Shown here in pieces: positions 30,534 to 41,895 of a stretch of DNA of 64,000 nt; positions within the stretch are counted from its first letter, which is position 1, and every line of letters starts with the position of its first letter. Location: IMG/VR virus record IMGVR_UViG_3300028048_000078; one strand, written 5' to 3'. The DNA is from an uncultured virus (IMG/VR IMGVR_UViG_3300028048_000078). Lineage: Duplodnaviria; Heunggongvirae; Uroviricota; Caudoviricetes. Position numbers and translations under genes: made by a program. Under the pieces are notes generated by a model that did not search any database, was not told where the DNA came from, and saw nothing but the letters and a program-made list of their open reading frames with translations.

Positions 30534-33500
30534 TTGGCAACAACTAAAACAACAAACCTTGAACTGAGGTATATACAGCCTACAGATTACTTTATAAGTG
30601 ATACATTTAATAATATATTAGATGATATTGACTCTAAAGTTGTAGGTGTGTCTCATTTATCTAGTGGGGCACATTGGGAGGTTTGGAAGAAACAAACAGA
30701 CTATGTTAGGGGTGACATAATAAGGACACCGTATTTACATTCTAATCAGTATTTAGAATGTTTACAGGGTGGTAAGTCTGGTACAACAGAGCCAGCAGTT
30801 AATGTTACAGGAACAGAGTTTAATGATGGTTCGGCTAAGTGGATAGTAAAGGTTCTTGGTGCTACAGATGAAAAGACTGTATCAATTTGGCTTGCAGGTG
30901 AGAATTACTTAAGAGGTAGCTTAGTATTATATAATAATAAGCTGTTTCGTTGTAAGACCCCACATCAGTCAGTAAAGTTTGATACAGATTATTCTAAGTG
31001 GCAGGAAGTTTATGCAAGTGTAAGTCCTTGGGTAGCTAATAGGTATTATGCATTGGGTGATACAGTAATTAAGGATAATTTACTTTATGAGTGCACTACA
31101 GCTAATACAGATATTACATTTACAGAAGCTAATTGGAAAATTGTAGGCTCAATTTCTATTATCAAGGATTGGGCACAAGCAACTGACTATAAAGAAAATC
31201 AAGTAGTTAGATATAGAGATAAGCTTTATAGAGCTAATGCAATACATACAAGTGGAACAATATTTAGTGATAATGATTGGACAGAAATTTATGCAAATAT
31301 ACCAGAGTGGAAAGCAAATGAGCAGTATATTGTAGATAATGTTGTTTATTATAATAACATTATGTATATTTGTACAACATCTCATAATTCTACTGCATCA
31401 TTCATAAATGATATTGATAATTGGCAAATTTTCCATAAATTATTTGCATTTATTCCTACTTGGTCAGCTAATACTTATTATGAGGTTGGGCAGGTAGTAG
31501 AGAGAAATGGTGTAATTTATCGGTGTAAGACTACTAATCATGATGGTACATTTACACCTACTAATTGGGATATATTAGTTAAAGCCATTGTTGATTGGAC
31601 TTCTGGAGATTATTACCCAGTAGGTCAGTATGTAAATTATAATGGCACACTGTATAAATGTACTACAGCCAACAATGATACATCATTTAATCCTGCTAAG
31701 TGGGAAAAGATTGGTGGCAGTGGATTAGATGATTGGAAAACTAATACTAATTACAGTGTTGGCGATTATGTTGTAACTAATAATCTTATTTATAAGTGTT
31801 TAATTGCCCATAAGTCTGGTACATTTGCTACTGATTATAAGGACGGTAAGTGGATAGAGGTATCTGCTTGTACTACAAGAATAAATGATTGGGTAGCTTC
31901 AACTGATTATATTGTTGGTGATTTGGTAGCTCACGATAAGAAGATTTATCGTTGTATTTTAGCCCACAAATCAACTAGTGATTTTAGTGCAGATTTAGCC
32001 CACCCATATTGGGAAGAATTGTCAGCAACTATTAATGAGATTGCTGTGTGGAGTGCTTCAAAGAAATTTGGTGTAGGTGATTTAGTTCTTCACGATAATA
32101 TTCTTTATCGTTGTACAACCAATCATACAAGTGGTTCAACATTTGACCCAAGTAAGTTTGCTATGGTTGGTGCAATAAGTGTTGTACCGAATTGGGCAAA
32201 GAATACAACTTACTATAAAGACCAAATTGTAGAGTATCAAAATACCTTATATAGAGCAGTAGATAATCATAAATCAACTAATGGTAGTTATGATGATTTT
32301 AGTAATGATGATGCTCATTGGGAATTAGTTTATAGTAACATTCAACCATACAATAATGATACTTGGTATAAGGTAGGTAGTATAGTATATCAAGATGGTT
32401 ATTTGTGGAGATGTAAGCAGAGTCATAAAACAAACACAAATAATGTTGATGAGAGAACATTTACTATTGGGCCAGATTTTAGAAATTATACGTTAGCTTT
32501 GGGGCAAGAATTTACATTACATAATATTGTATTAAATACAAGTTATTGTGGTGGAGTAGATATTGATATAAGTACAGATGGTACAAATTACACTAATTTA
32601 TGGCATAGTGATGATGCAGGTAATGTTGAGAATATTAATTGTAATTCAGCACATGCAACTCATATCAAATTTACTGTATTAAATATATTTGATACTCCAA
32701 GTACAGGAGCAAGCTCTGGTGCATATCAAGGTATTACAAGTGCTGTTATTAGTACCAATAATGCTTATTGGGAGAAGTTGGGCATAACTGCTGGGGCTAT
32801 TACAATTTGGCAAAGCAGTAAGCAATATGATAAAGATGAAGCAGTATTCTATCAGAATAAGATTTATATTGCTAAAGAAAATCATTTAAGTGGTAGTACA
32901 TTTGATTTAGCTAAGTGGAAATATATTGACCCATCACTGTTAGTTGATTGGCAAGCTGAAACTGATTATTATAAAGACCAATTAATTTATCACGAAAATA
33001 TTGTTTATAGGGCTACAGAAGATTTCACAAGTGGTAGTACATTTGCTGATACTAAGTTAGAAAGAATAACAAGAGGTTATTTAGCTACTTGGGAGGCAAA
33101 TACTTATTATAATTTAGGTGAATGTGTTGTTACTAAGTCAAATATTATTAGATGTTTAACGCCACATACAAGTGGTTCTACTTATGATGTAGCAGAGTCT
33201 AATAATTGGCAGATTATAGCAAGCTCTGTAACGGTAATTCATAAGTGGGATAAGAAAATAGAATATGGTATAGGTGATGTAGTAACTCATGGCGGTATTC
33301 TTTATAGCTGTATTAATGCTCATACTTCTCCTAATACTTCATTTGCAGATGATGTTGCTAACTGGAAAGTAATTAATGCAGGTATAGCTAAATGGGAAAA
33401 GGAGACTGATTATGCTGTAGATGCTGTAGTAACTGATGTAAACCATAAGCTTTATAGGTGTATTACAGCACATACCAGTGGTACAACAGATATCAGAGAT

Positions 33501-34997
33501 GATATTACTAATTGGGAAGAAATTTCTCCAAGCATTTATGAGTGGAAAGACACAACAGATTATTTCATAGACGATATTGTAATCTATAAGAATAATCTTT
33601 ATAGATGTATTGCAGACCATACATCAAGTGCTACTATTGATTTAGATTATATTGATTGGGAATTAATTAGTGGTATTTATGAGTGGGAAACAAATTCTTT
33701 CTATTGTGTTGGAAATGTTGTTTTACATGATAAAGAACTCTATATCTGCAAGATTAAGCACGTTTCTGGTACTTTTGATACAGATGAAACAGCAGGTAAG
33801 TGGGAGCTTCTTAGTTATAAACAAGTAACAGATTGGACAAAGAATACAAAATATTATCCTAATCAGTTAGTAATGAATAGTGGAATTCTCTATAGAGCTG
33901 TTGATAAGCACATAAGTTCTAATGGAGCAAGTGATACTATTATTACTGATATAGCTCATTGGCAACAAGTTTATGCAGGAATAAAGACCTGGAGTGCAAA
34001 TTCTGATTATACTGTTGGTAATGTTGTCATTAATGGGAATAAATTATATCAGTGTACAGTAGCTCATACAAGTACAACTACATTCGATAAGGATAAGTTT
34101 ACATCACTTGATTCTTCTTCATTGATTCCTAATTGGGCAACAAGTACTGTATATCGTGTTGGCGAGACAGTATATTATAATGGTGTGTTATATAGAGCAA
34201 ATGTAAATCACACAAGTAATGCTTCTGCTTGGAGTAATGATGTTGCTAAGTGGGATTTAGTTTATGCAAATATTAGAGACTTTGCTGATAGTACTTACTA
34301 TAAAGCAGGTAGTATCGTTTTAGGTAAGGACAATAAGCTATATAAGGCATTGGCAAATCATACAAGTTCAAGTAGTGACTTACCAACTTGGACTAAGATT
34401 TTAGATGAACATTGGGGCGGTTTGTATAGAAGTAGTGGTGTGACATATCCACCACACCCACAGACAAATACAGTAACATTTGATTTAGGCGCAGTAAAGA
34501 ATATTAGTAGACTTTATTTTGAGCTTAGTGTTTGGGATGGTACAACTAAATCTTATGTAGATGAGTTTACTATAGAATATAGTGTAGACGGAGTAGAGTG
34601 GGAAACTTATACAGATAGTAATAGATATACAGGCACAAGTAATGGTGCTTATCATCCATACATATTTGATTTGAGACCAGATACTAAAGCACAGTATGTT
34701 AAATTTACATTTGTAAATGTTACATTGGGTGCAGGTCAAGGTTCTGGTTGGGGTGGAGAAATTTGGACACAAGACCTTAGAATTTGGGACTATAGTTCAA
34801 CAAATTTCACTCAAATAACTGATATTATGCCTTGGCTGCCAACACATAAGTATTATCAGCATGATATTGTTAAGTATAATGATGAGATGTGGTATGCTAA
34901 AGTAGAGCATACAAGTACATCTGCATTTGTAGAAGATAACTGGGAGCCAATGACAGCATTAGCTTCAGAACAAGATATAAAGGATATGTGGTTGTAA
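30534..34997 (+). CDS. Giant tail fibre/adhesin with ~24 CBM5/12-like (ChiC-BD-like) repeats and two discoidin/F5-8-like inserts
   Basis: Repeats of WxxxTxYxVGDxVxYxxxLYxCxxxHxS...W; IDISTDGTNYT and FDLGAVKNI...IEYSVDGVEW...AQYVKF; RBS GAGGTG then TTG 30534. Confidence 0.8.
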   Translation: MATTKTTNLELRYIQPTDYFISDTFNNILDDIDSKVVGVSHLSSGAHWEVWKKQTDYVRGDIIRTPYLHSNQYLECLQGGKSGTTEPAVNVTGTEFNDGSAKWIVKVLGATDEKTVSIWLAGENYLRGSLVLYNNKLFRCKTPHQSVKFDTDYSKWQEVYASVSPWVANRYYALGDTVIKDNLLYECTTANTDITFTEANWKIVGSISIIKDWAQATDYKENQVVRYRDKLYRANAIHTSGTIFSDNDWTEIYANIPEWKANEQYIVDNVVYYNNIMYICTTSHNSTASFINDIDNWQIFHKLFAFIPTWSANTYYEVGQVVERNGVIYRCKTTNHDGTFTPTNWDILVKAIVDWTSGDYYPVGQYVNYNGTLYKCTTANNDTSFNPAKWEKIGGSGLDDWKTNTNYSVGDYVVTNNLIYKCLIAHKSGTFATDYKDGKWIEVSACTTRINDWVASTDYIVGDLVAHDKKIYRCILAHKSTSDFSADLAHPYWEELSATINEIAVWSASKKFGVGDLVLHDNILYRCTTNHTSGSTFDPSKFAMVGAISVVPNWAKNTTYYKDQIVEYQNTLYRAVDNHKSTNGSYDDFSNDDAHWELVYSNIQPYNNDTWYKVGSIVYQDGYLWRCKQSHKTNTNNVDERTFTIGPDFRNYTLALGQEFTLHNIVLNTSYCGGVDIDISTDGTNYTNLWHSDDAGNVENINCNSAHATHIKFTVLNIFDTPSTGASSGAYQGITSAVISTNNAYWEKLGITAGAITIWQSSKQYDKDEAVFYQNKIYIAKENHLSGSTFDLAKWKYIDPSLLVDWQAETDYYKDQLIYHENIVYRATEDFTSGSTFADTKLERITRGYLATWEANTYYNLGECVVTKSNIIRCLTPHTSGSTYDVAESNNWQIIASSVTVIHKWDKKIEYGIGDVVTHGGILYSCINAHTSPNTSFADDVANWKVINAGIAKWEKETDYAVDAVVTDVNHKLYRCITAHTSGTTDIRDDITNWEEISPSIYEWKDTTDYFIDDIVIYKNNLYRCIADHTSSATIDLDYIDWELISGIYEWETNSFYCVGNVVLHDKELYICKIKHVSGTFDTDETAGKWELLSYKQVTDWTKNTKYYPNQLVMNSGILYRAVDKHISSNGASDTIITDIAHWQQVYAGIKTWSANSDYTVGNVVINGNKLYQCTVAHTSTTTFDKDKFTSLDSSSLIPNWATSTVYRVGETVYYNGVLYRANVNHTSNASAWSNDVAKWDLVYANIRDFADSTYYKAGSIVLGKDNKLYKALANHTSSSSDLPTWTKILDEHWGGLYRSSGVTYPPHPQTNTVTFDLGAVKNISRLYFELSVWDGTTKSYVDEFTIEYSVDGVEWETYTDSNRYTGTSNGAYHPYIFDLRPDTKAQYVKFTFVNVTLGAGQGSGWGGEIWTQDLRIWDYSSTNFTQITDIMPWLPTHKYYQHDIVKYNDEMWYAKVEHTSTSAFVEDNWEPMTALASEQDIKDMWL

Positions 34998-35485
34998 TGA
35001 TAAAAAGAAATCATACCTACAATGTAGGAGATACAGAATACTCTATGGAAGGGTATAAATTAGTTTGTAAGACAGCAGGTACAACAGCCCCTACCCCTAT
35101 TAATATGGGGGGGGGGCAAATCATAACTGACGGAACAGTAGAGTGGGAAGTAACTCTTGGTGAAGATGCTATGCCTAGTGATGTGTATATTAGTTATACC
35201 TTCACACCATCTGTAAGTACATGGAAAAAGACAGAAGAAGTAGCGCCAGCAAATGGTTATTTTATGGTATTTGCTAGTGCAGTAAGAGATACAAATGGAA
35301 TATTGCGTATAGTATCTAGTAGTGGTTTAGAGCAAGCTAGTTATGGTATTTACGATTTAATGGTGTTTATGCCTGTAAAGAAAAATGATATGCTGGCGGT
35401 TTATGGTAGCCATCTGATTGATGAAAACGCAAAGTTTGATTTTTATTATTCAGTAGGAGAAGCAAAGAGGTTAGGTTTGATATGA
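34997..35485 (+). CDS. Poly-G fibre/adhesin cassette 1 (G10, in frame)
   Basis: KRNHTYNVGD...CKTAGTT anchor; G10 at 35107-35116; C-terminal APANG...VKKND...YSVGEAKRLGLI. Confidence 0.8.
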   Translation: MIKRNHTYNVGDTEYSMEGYKLVCKTAGTTAPTPINMGGGQIITDGTVEWEVTLGEDAMPSDVYISYTFTPSVSTWKKTEEVAPANGYFMVFASAVRDTNGILRIVSSSGLEQASYGIYDLMVFMPVKKNDMLAVYGSHLIDENAKFDFYYSVGEAKRLGLI

Positions 35486-35506
35486 ATTTAGTAGAAAAGG
35501 ATGCTA

Positions 35507-35535
35507 TTGACAGATACAGACTTCTATGATATAAT
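35507..35535 (+). promoter_or_regulatory. Consensus promoter
   Basis: TTGACA-N17-TATAAT. Confidence 0.75.
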
Positions 35536-35565
35536 AAAGTAAATTATGAGAAAGGAGATTATATC

Positions 35566-35826
35566 TTGGCAAAAATTTATTATAACATTAATAATCTTGG
35601 TGAGTACACAAATAATGAAAAATTAGCTCAGTTGAAGGTTCGTCAAGGTGATTGGGAAGATTTTGGTGAGTCTGATGAGGAATTTGTAATGCAGTCAGAT
35701 GGTAGTGGTTATGTTAAGAAGAGTGAGTATATTGAACCAGAGATACCACCAGCACCACCTTCTACAGAGGAACAGATTGCAGAAATTCAAGAAACACTTT
35801 TAGCTTTGATGGGTATGGAGGAATAA
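35566..35826 (+). CDS. Small tail-fibre assembly-like protein
   Basis: Acidic, Pro-rich, C-terminal STEEQIAEIQETLLALM; follows fibre genes. Confidence 0.55.
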   Translation: MAKIYYNINNLGEYTNNEKLAQLKVRQGDWEDFGESDEEFVMQSDGSGYVKKSEYIEPEIPPAPPSTEEQIAEIQETLLALMGMEE

Positions 35827-35831
35827 TTTAA

Positions 35832-36008
35832 ATGGCAAGTTTTTTGGCAACAATGTTACAGAAAGGTAAGTTGAAGTGGTCTACTTTAGAGAGTTCTACA
35901 ACTTATGCAAAATACGCAGATGCAGTATTATTGATTTTGGAGAGCAGAGGTTATTGGATTGACCCCGAAGGTAATTGTTCCCCAATTCCAAAGGAGAGTA
36001 AGAAGTAA
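35832..36008 (+). CDS. Small protein (XkdX/CD1375-like), 58 aa, not in ORF track
   Basis: MASFLATMLQKGKLKWSTL...YADAVLLILESRGY; paralog of the next ORF. Confidence 0.6.
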   Translation: MASFLATMLQKGKLKWSTLESSTTYAKYADAVLLILESRGYWIDPEGNCSPIPKESKK

Positions 36009-36166
36009 TGGAAAAATTCTTAGCAACTTGCTTGATAAAGGGAACTCTTTCTTGGGAGTCTCTTAAGGCAAATAAGAAATATAATAGCTATGCTGATAAA
36101 GTATTGGAAGTTCTTGATGAACGTGGTTACAAACTTGACGATGATGGCAAGGTTATAAACAAATAG
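36008..36166 (+). CDS. Small protein, paralog of 35832-36008, 52 aa
   Basis: MEKFLATCLIKGTLSWESL...YADKVLEVLDERGY; RBS AAGGAG; TAATG overlap. Confidence 0.6.
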   Translation: MEKFLATCLIKGTLSWESLKANKKYNSYADKVLEVLDERGYKLDDDGKVINK

Positions 36167-36217
36167 AAAAAAAAATTAGAGGAATGTATTGACATTCCTC
36201 TTTTTCTTTTGTATAAT
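36167..36217 (+). terminator. Terminator hairpin overlapping a consensus promoter
   Basis: A9, agaggaatgt/acattcctct stem, T run; TTGACA 36189-94, N17, TATAAT 36212-17. Confidence 0.75.
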
Positions 36218-36261
36218 AATAACTGTAAGAAGTCAGTAGACAAAGAAAGGATTGGTAGAGT

Positions 36262-39200
36262 ATGGCATTTGTGCATGGCAAAGAATTAAAGGGGACTGAT
36301 AGTGAGTTGCTGGATGGCATTTTGTGGCAGATTGATAAAACAAATGCAAAAGGGTGGGAAACCATGCAGGTTTATACCACTAATACGCAGGAAATGGAAC
36401 TTATTTGTGAGTGGTTTAGTGATTTGGGTTTTATTGTTGATAAAATTGATGGGTGTACTGTATTATTGGGGTGGTTTTTGTGAAGGAAACTGATATTGAG
36501 TTGTTGAGTAGTATTTTACGGTCTATTGACAGAACAAATGCAGAAGGGTTTAAGGCCATTGAGGTTTATACAGCAAATGCGTATAAGATGCATTTAATTC
36601 GTAAGTGGTTTAAGGAATTAGGCTTTAGACTTAATAATATTGATAAGTTTACTGTAGAGTTGATGTGGTAGATTATAGGGGGTGATTAATATGATTATAG
36701 AAATACCAGATTGGTGTGTTATAGGAAAGAAAGTAGAAGTTCTTATGTATGATAAGGATTATTGTAAGTTTGATTGGTTTAAAGAAAAGATTATTTCTTA
36801 TGGTATTGATGGCTTCTTTCATCAAGCATATGGTTGTCCTGTTTATTATGATAAATTTGATAGTTATGGTAAAACTGTTAGAGAAATAGCGTAGTTATGA
36901 GGTGGTAAATTATGTTGAAAGATTATGTTGCGCATGTACTTAATAGTGGTTCAGATGCAGGTAAGTTAAAAAACTTTTTAAATGATGTTGAGAAATTAGA
37001 GAAGAAAAAACGTGAAGTAGAGAAGAGGTTATCTGATATTGATAGAGTCGGGGGAGATAACCATTTCATTTGAAAGAACTCAAACAGAGTATGATAATCA
37101 TGGAGTGTCTATGGCAAGCAACGAATATTCAGACCATATTAATAGCACTTATGACTGTGATTGTTTTGTTGAGATGAAGGAAGTATATATTAAATACTTA
37201 AAGGCTGAGTTAGGAGAAATTAATGCTCAGTTAGATGTTTATTATCTGAAGTTAAATAAGATTGTGGGGTTATTATGAGGAATATAGATAAGATTCAGCA
37301 AATGGAAACAAGAGAGTTAGCACAATTCCTTAATGATAATAATTTTTGTGCAAATTGTTCAGAATATGGTGATGGTGTTGATGGTATAGAGCGGTGGTTA
37401 GAGACAGAGGTAAACCCAGTACCACCATTTAGAACAGGAATGGTAATTATTTATCTTAAAGGTAACTCTTCAATAAGAGATGCAGTTATGTTAGATGATA
37501 GGTGGGCATATGATTTTCGTGTAGGTTTAGTTGATACTATCGAATTGCGGAAAAGTGATAAGGTAGTTGTACGAAAAATTTATGTGTGTGAAGATAGTCA
37601 GTTTAAATTAATTTGGGAGGCAGATTGATGGCATATGGTGATTATGGTGCATATGTATACCGTAATGGTATTCGTATGAAGGATAGAGAAGATGTAGAAG
37701 TATTCCTTGATTCAGATATATTGGCTCACGGTGTAATGGGTGACGGTGATGTAAGAGTAGCTTGTTATAAGCAGGGATTACCTACAATTTTACATCTTGT
37801 AGATGATGGTGAGGCTGAAAAGATTAGTATTGGTGAAGATATTGATATATTTGATTATGGTACAATAAACTTTGAGTATAAAGGTTATTGCTTTGAGTTT
37901 GTTTGTGATAAACCTTATTACGCAAAGATGGTAGAGCCAAGTGGTGTTACTTGGGAATGTAAGTATGATTATTGGTATGGGGCTGGTTTTGATGATGAAG
38001 AAGATTGATGAAATTATTACAAAGCTGGAAGAGATTTCAAGAGAAGATGTTGCAAAAGCATATGAGTTAAACGGAGTAGCATACGCTGTTCTGTCACTGC
38101 CAGAATACCTTAACACAGATTTAAGTTACGAAGCCGAGTTTATGCTTGTAATGGAAAAATGTAATAACAGAAAAAGGCAAATTTTGTTAAAGGCTATAAA
38201 TGAAATTCATAAACTTAATGAAGAGTGTACGGAAGAATTGGAACATATTAAACATATCAAAGAATCCAATGACCGTGTTGAGGTAAAGCTTAAAGCTTTA
38301 GGTCTTTAAATGCAGAGGATGATGCCAATGATTGTATTTGATAAAATAAAGGAAATGCCGATAGAGGAACTTGCACAGTATTTAGTAAGAAATAATGATA
38401 GATTGAAAAATGATGCTTTTGAGTTTTTATCTTCGGAATATATAGGAAAGTCTACACTAGATATATATAGAGTAGATGGATATCATTGTAATAATTGTGG
38501 TGGTAATCGAATTGCTTTCGATAATATGCATTACCCATTTTGTGATGAATGGGGAACAAAATATATGTGTGTTGATTGTGGATATTTCTTCCATGAAACA
38601 AAGGATATTCATACTCTTCCACTATATGATGTATATTATAAGTTATATGTACCAGAATTAGAAGAGAAATTTAATTTACCAAGATGTATAAGAGGACATA
38701 TTCATTTGAGTTGAGGTGGTAAACTATGACAGTAGTACAGGCAATTATAGAGGTTTTTGAAGATTATTTAAGGGAACGTGGTATTGAGATACCTAATGTA
38801 GAAAAAGAAGGTATTGAGGGCGAAGCAATTATTTATGGTACAGATTATGGTGAATTAGAGAGTCAGATAGAAGAAGTATTGACTAGAGCATTTTTCAGAG
38901 ATAGATTAACAACATGGAGATGAGAACAATGAGTAAGAGGTCTTATTGGGATATTATAGATGATTGTGAACACTTTATTGCTAAATGCAGTAATTGTGGG
39001 AATATTGAAGATAGTCGTTTACTTCCAAATAAATGCCCAAAGTGTTCAGCTATAATGAAAAACAGTGAAGGAAATAGTTTAAAGCCTTGTCCATTTTGTG
39101 GCTCAAAGGTTGAATTAAGGGTAGCTACGTGTTTCGATGATAAGGATGGAAATTGTCATGAAATTATTCCTACGCCACAGATTGAATGTAGTTGCGGTTT

Positions 39201-40535
39201 TATCTTTTGGCTAAAAGACCCAAATTGGAATTCATTAGATGAGTTTAAGGCAGAAACCATCAAGGTATGGAACAGGAGGGTTGATGATGGAACAACATTG
39301 GCATGAAGGGTTAGCATATATAACAATAACCCATTATTTCAATGAACATCCTATAGAGAAAAGAATTGGGTGCAGGAGTATCGAAGATATGTATGAGCAT
39401 AGGTATGAGATTATTGATAGTTTAATTAACGAAATTAAATGCTATGAAAAAGAAATTCTAAGGAAACAGTTGACCGAAGATGTTACTCCTGTCAATAGTA
39501 GAGGTATGTATAGGGGGACTGACAATGATTAATGATTGGGTTTCCTTGGAAACTGTAGATGGTGACAAGGTTACTATAAATATTAATAGTTTTGTATGGA
39601 TAAACAAGAGTGAGTTATTTATACATTTGAGTGATTGTTCACGGCTTTATATAACCAAAGAATCTATGAAGTTTTTGTGTGACTTTATTGGTATAACTTG
39701 GAGGGATGATAATGAATAAAGACTATATTCTTAAATTAGCACAGTTGATTAGAGAATATCCGACATTACCAGTAATGGCATGGGTTGATGCGGAGACTCT
39801 TAACTCAGACTTTGACTTTTGTCCATGTGACATTATAGAAGAGCCTCGTATAAAGTGGATATGTCGTAGTGACGACCCGACAGATTTAGAGATATTGGTT
39901 AGTGATACTAAAGAAGATGATGGTTTGGAGTGGGAAGGAGCTATCTGTGTATATATGGAGGGTTAATAATAATGGATAAAGATGATGAATTTTACATATC
40001 ATATTGCGAGAATAACAATGTTAGTTGTTATGAGTGTCCATATATGTATGAATGTCCGATAAGAGAAGAATGTACACTAGAATGAATAGGAGGCTGAAGC
40101 AGGGGGTGAGTAAATGACTAACTTAGAAATTGTATTGATTTACTTTGCTATTTGGTTTAATGTTTACATTAATCATTAGCGAGATAAGAAGAAGTTATCT
40201 TGATAGGGATGATATTCTTTTTGGCACGACTTGTTGGCCTGTGATAATAATAGCCATGATTGGTTGGAGAGTATATCAGAGAATTAAACGGAGGGGTAAT
40301 AGTGAATGAAGAAGTAGTAGTAGTTTCGTTTATTCTTACACTTATTCTTTTTATAATACTGTTGGATAAGCTGTCAATGTTAAAGGAACGGTGTGATGAT
40401 TTAGAGTATCGTGTTCAATCAATAGCGTTAGATGATTATATGGAAAGATTTTTCCAAACTGATGAGCAAAGATTAGATTTGTTACTTAATAAGAAAATTG
40501 AAAGAATTATTGACGATAAAATGAAGTTGGAGTAG
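36262..40535 (+). other. Island of ~15 small hypothetical genes (early/accessory type) inserted in the tail module
   Basis: Tightly packed 60-135-aa ORFs with RBSs; own promoter at 36189 and terminator at 40530. Confidence 0.75.
38914..39306 (+). CDS. Lar-like zinc-ribbon protein
   Basis: CSNCG...CPKC...LKPCPFCGS...WNRR. Confidence 0.7.
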   Translation: MEMRTMSKRSYWDIIDDCEHFIAKCSNCGNIEDSRLLPNKCPKCSAIMKNSEGNSLKPCPFCGSKVELRVATCFDDKDGNCHEIIPTPQIECSCGFIFWLKDPNWNSLDEFKAETIKVWNRRVDDGTTLA

Positions 40536-40554
40536 GTTAAATCCTACTCCTTTT
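40530..40554 (+). terminator. Rho-independent terminator
   Basis: ggagtagg/cctactcc stem plus T4. Confidence 0.7.
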
Positions 40555-40557
40555 AGA

Positions 40558-40586
40558 TTGACTAATTACAGAAAATATGCTATAAT
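40558..40586 (+). promoter_or_regulatory. Promoter of the fibre-cassette operon
   Basis: TTGACT-N17-TATAAT with TG. Confidence 0.75.
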
Positions 40587-40621
40587 GAAGTATATGAATA
40601 AGTTAGAGAGGATGATTATTA

Positions 40622-41124
40622 TTGAATTTAGGAGATTCTAATAATATATTTGAGTCAATCTATACTGAGAAAATAAATACAGGAACACGTATAGTAGATA
40701 TGAACAATTTATCACTTAATGCGGGTGAGGGGGCAAGTTCTGTGGGTGTAGAGATACCCTGTAATTTACAAGAAGTCGTCTTTAATGTTATTACTACAGA
40801 GTATGGCTACCCTACTAATATATATATTTTGCTGATAATGTTGTTCGTGATGCATCATTTTCTTGTGATGGTACTAAATTCCACCTAGAAACTCATGTTT
40901 GTTGTTTGTATGTTAAATTTAGACAAGGCAGTAAGCGACAGAATAGTGCTAGTTATGAGTGTGCTAATTTGCGTGGTAAGATAGTCTTGCCTCGCTCAGA
41001 AATACAGTCTGGTTACTTAAAGATAACTACTAGTGGTGGAGTATTTGCTATGGGGTCACACGAATTGGGTACTGAATATAGTGGATACTGTTTTTATTCT
41101 TATGATGTTTGGAGGACTGATTAA
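40622..41124 (+). CDS. Fibre-like cassette frameshifted at an (AT)5 tract (OFF)
   Basis: Removing one AT unit at 40818-40827 joins ORF 40622 to the frame of ORF 40906 (...PTNIYFADNVVRDASFSCDG...LYVKFRQ); N-terminus MNLGxxNNxF matches 41127. Confidence 0.6.
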
Positions 41125-41126
41125 CA

Positions 41127-41873
41127 TTGAATTTAGGTGCAAAAAATAATAGATTTGATACAGGCTACTTTAAAAATATAGATGTAGAAAATGGAATCAT
41201 GGGGGGGGGCGTTAATGTAACACAGACTACTCTTTTATCTAACAGTGCTTATGTGTTAGCTGATGGGGTTGACCATAGTTTTTCCTTGTCAGATAATATG
41301 GCGAACTATGATTATTTAACTGTCACCACATTAGACGAAGGTAGTTATACCAATACAACAATAATAGATACTGCAAATGTAAACTATACGCCTTGGGCAT
41401 ACCATAGCGGAAATGGATATTTTAAAGTAGGAGGGTCAACAATTAAACTGAGAGCTTTTGCCTTTACTTCGGCTTCCAATGACTCAATCTCGATTAAATC
41501 CATTATAGGTATCAAACTCAATACCCTCACAACAGCAGATATAGCAGAAATGGCTATGCCTAGCAAAGTCAATATAACTATACCAGATGTTATTGATGAT
41601 TCCACCTATACTGCTACAGCTAATGGTTTAGTGGCAGTACAGGCTACATCATCAAATAATTCACTTGCATCAGTGTATATTAGAACATTAGATAGTAGTT
41701 CTAGCATTATACGAACAAGCAGAAATATTAACTACGGAAGTACAGCTTCTATTTTTTGTTCACATATGGTAGCAAAGGGTGATACTATAGCGTTTGGTTT
41801 AATTAACTGTACTGCTTCGAGCGTGAAGTTTTTCTATTCAGTAGGAGATGCAAAAGCATTAGGATTATTATAA
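41127..41873 (+). CDS. Poly-G fibre/adhesin gene (G9, in frame)
   Basis: G9 at 41201-41209; C-terminal AMPS...YTATANG...VAKGD...FYSVGDAKALGLL shared with cassettes 1, 4 and 7. Confidence 0.75.
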   Translation: MNLGAKNNRFDTGYFKNIDVENGIMGGGVNVTQTTLLSNSAYVLADGVDHSFSLSDNMANYDYLTVTTLDEGSYTNTTIIDTANVNYTPWAYHSGNGYFKVGGSTIKLRAFAFTSASNDSISIKSIIGIKLNTLTTADIAEMAMPSKVNITIPDVIDDSTYTATANGLVAVQATSSNNSLASVYIRTLDSSSSIIRTSRNINYGSTASIFCSHMVAKGDTIAFGLINCTASSVKFFYSVGDAKALGLL

Positions 41874-41895
41874 ATAGAAGGAGCTGAGATATAAC

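Noticed and set aside
30534..34997. CRISPR array or DNA tandem repeat
   Set aside because: Repeats are degenerate and protein-level within one ORF; no CRISPR repeat-spacer pattern was seen anywhere in the window
36912..37278. Possible frameshift at G5 (37050-37054) fusing a short upstream ORF to ORF 37039
   Set aside because: The tract is short, ORF 37039 has a plausible RBS of its own, and there is no homology evidence; left unresolved and not counted as a switch
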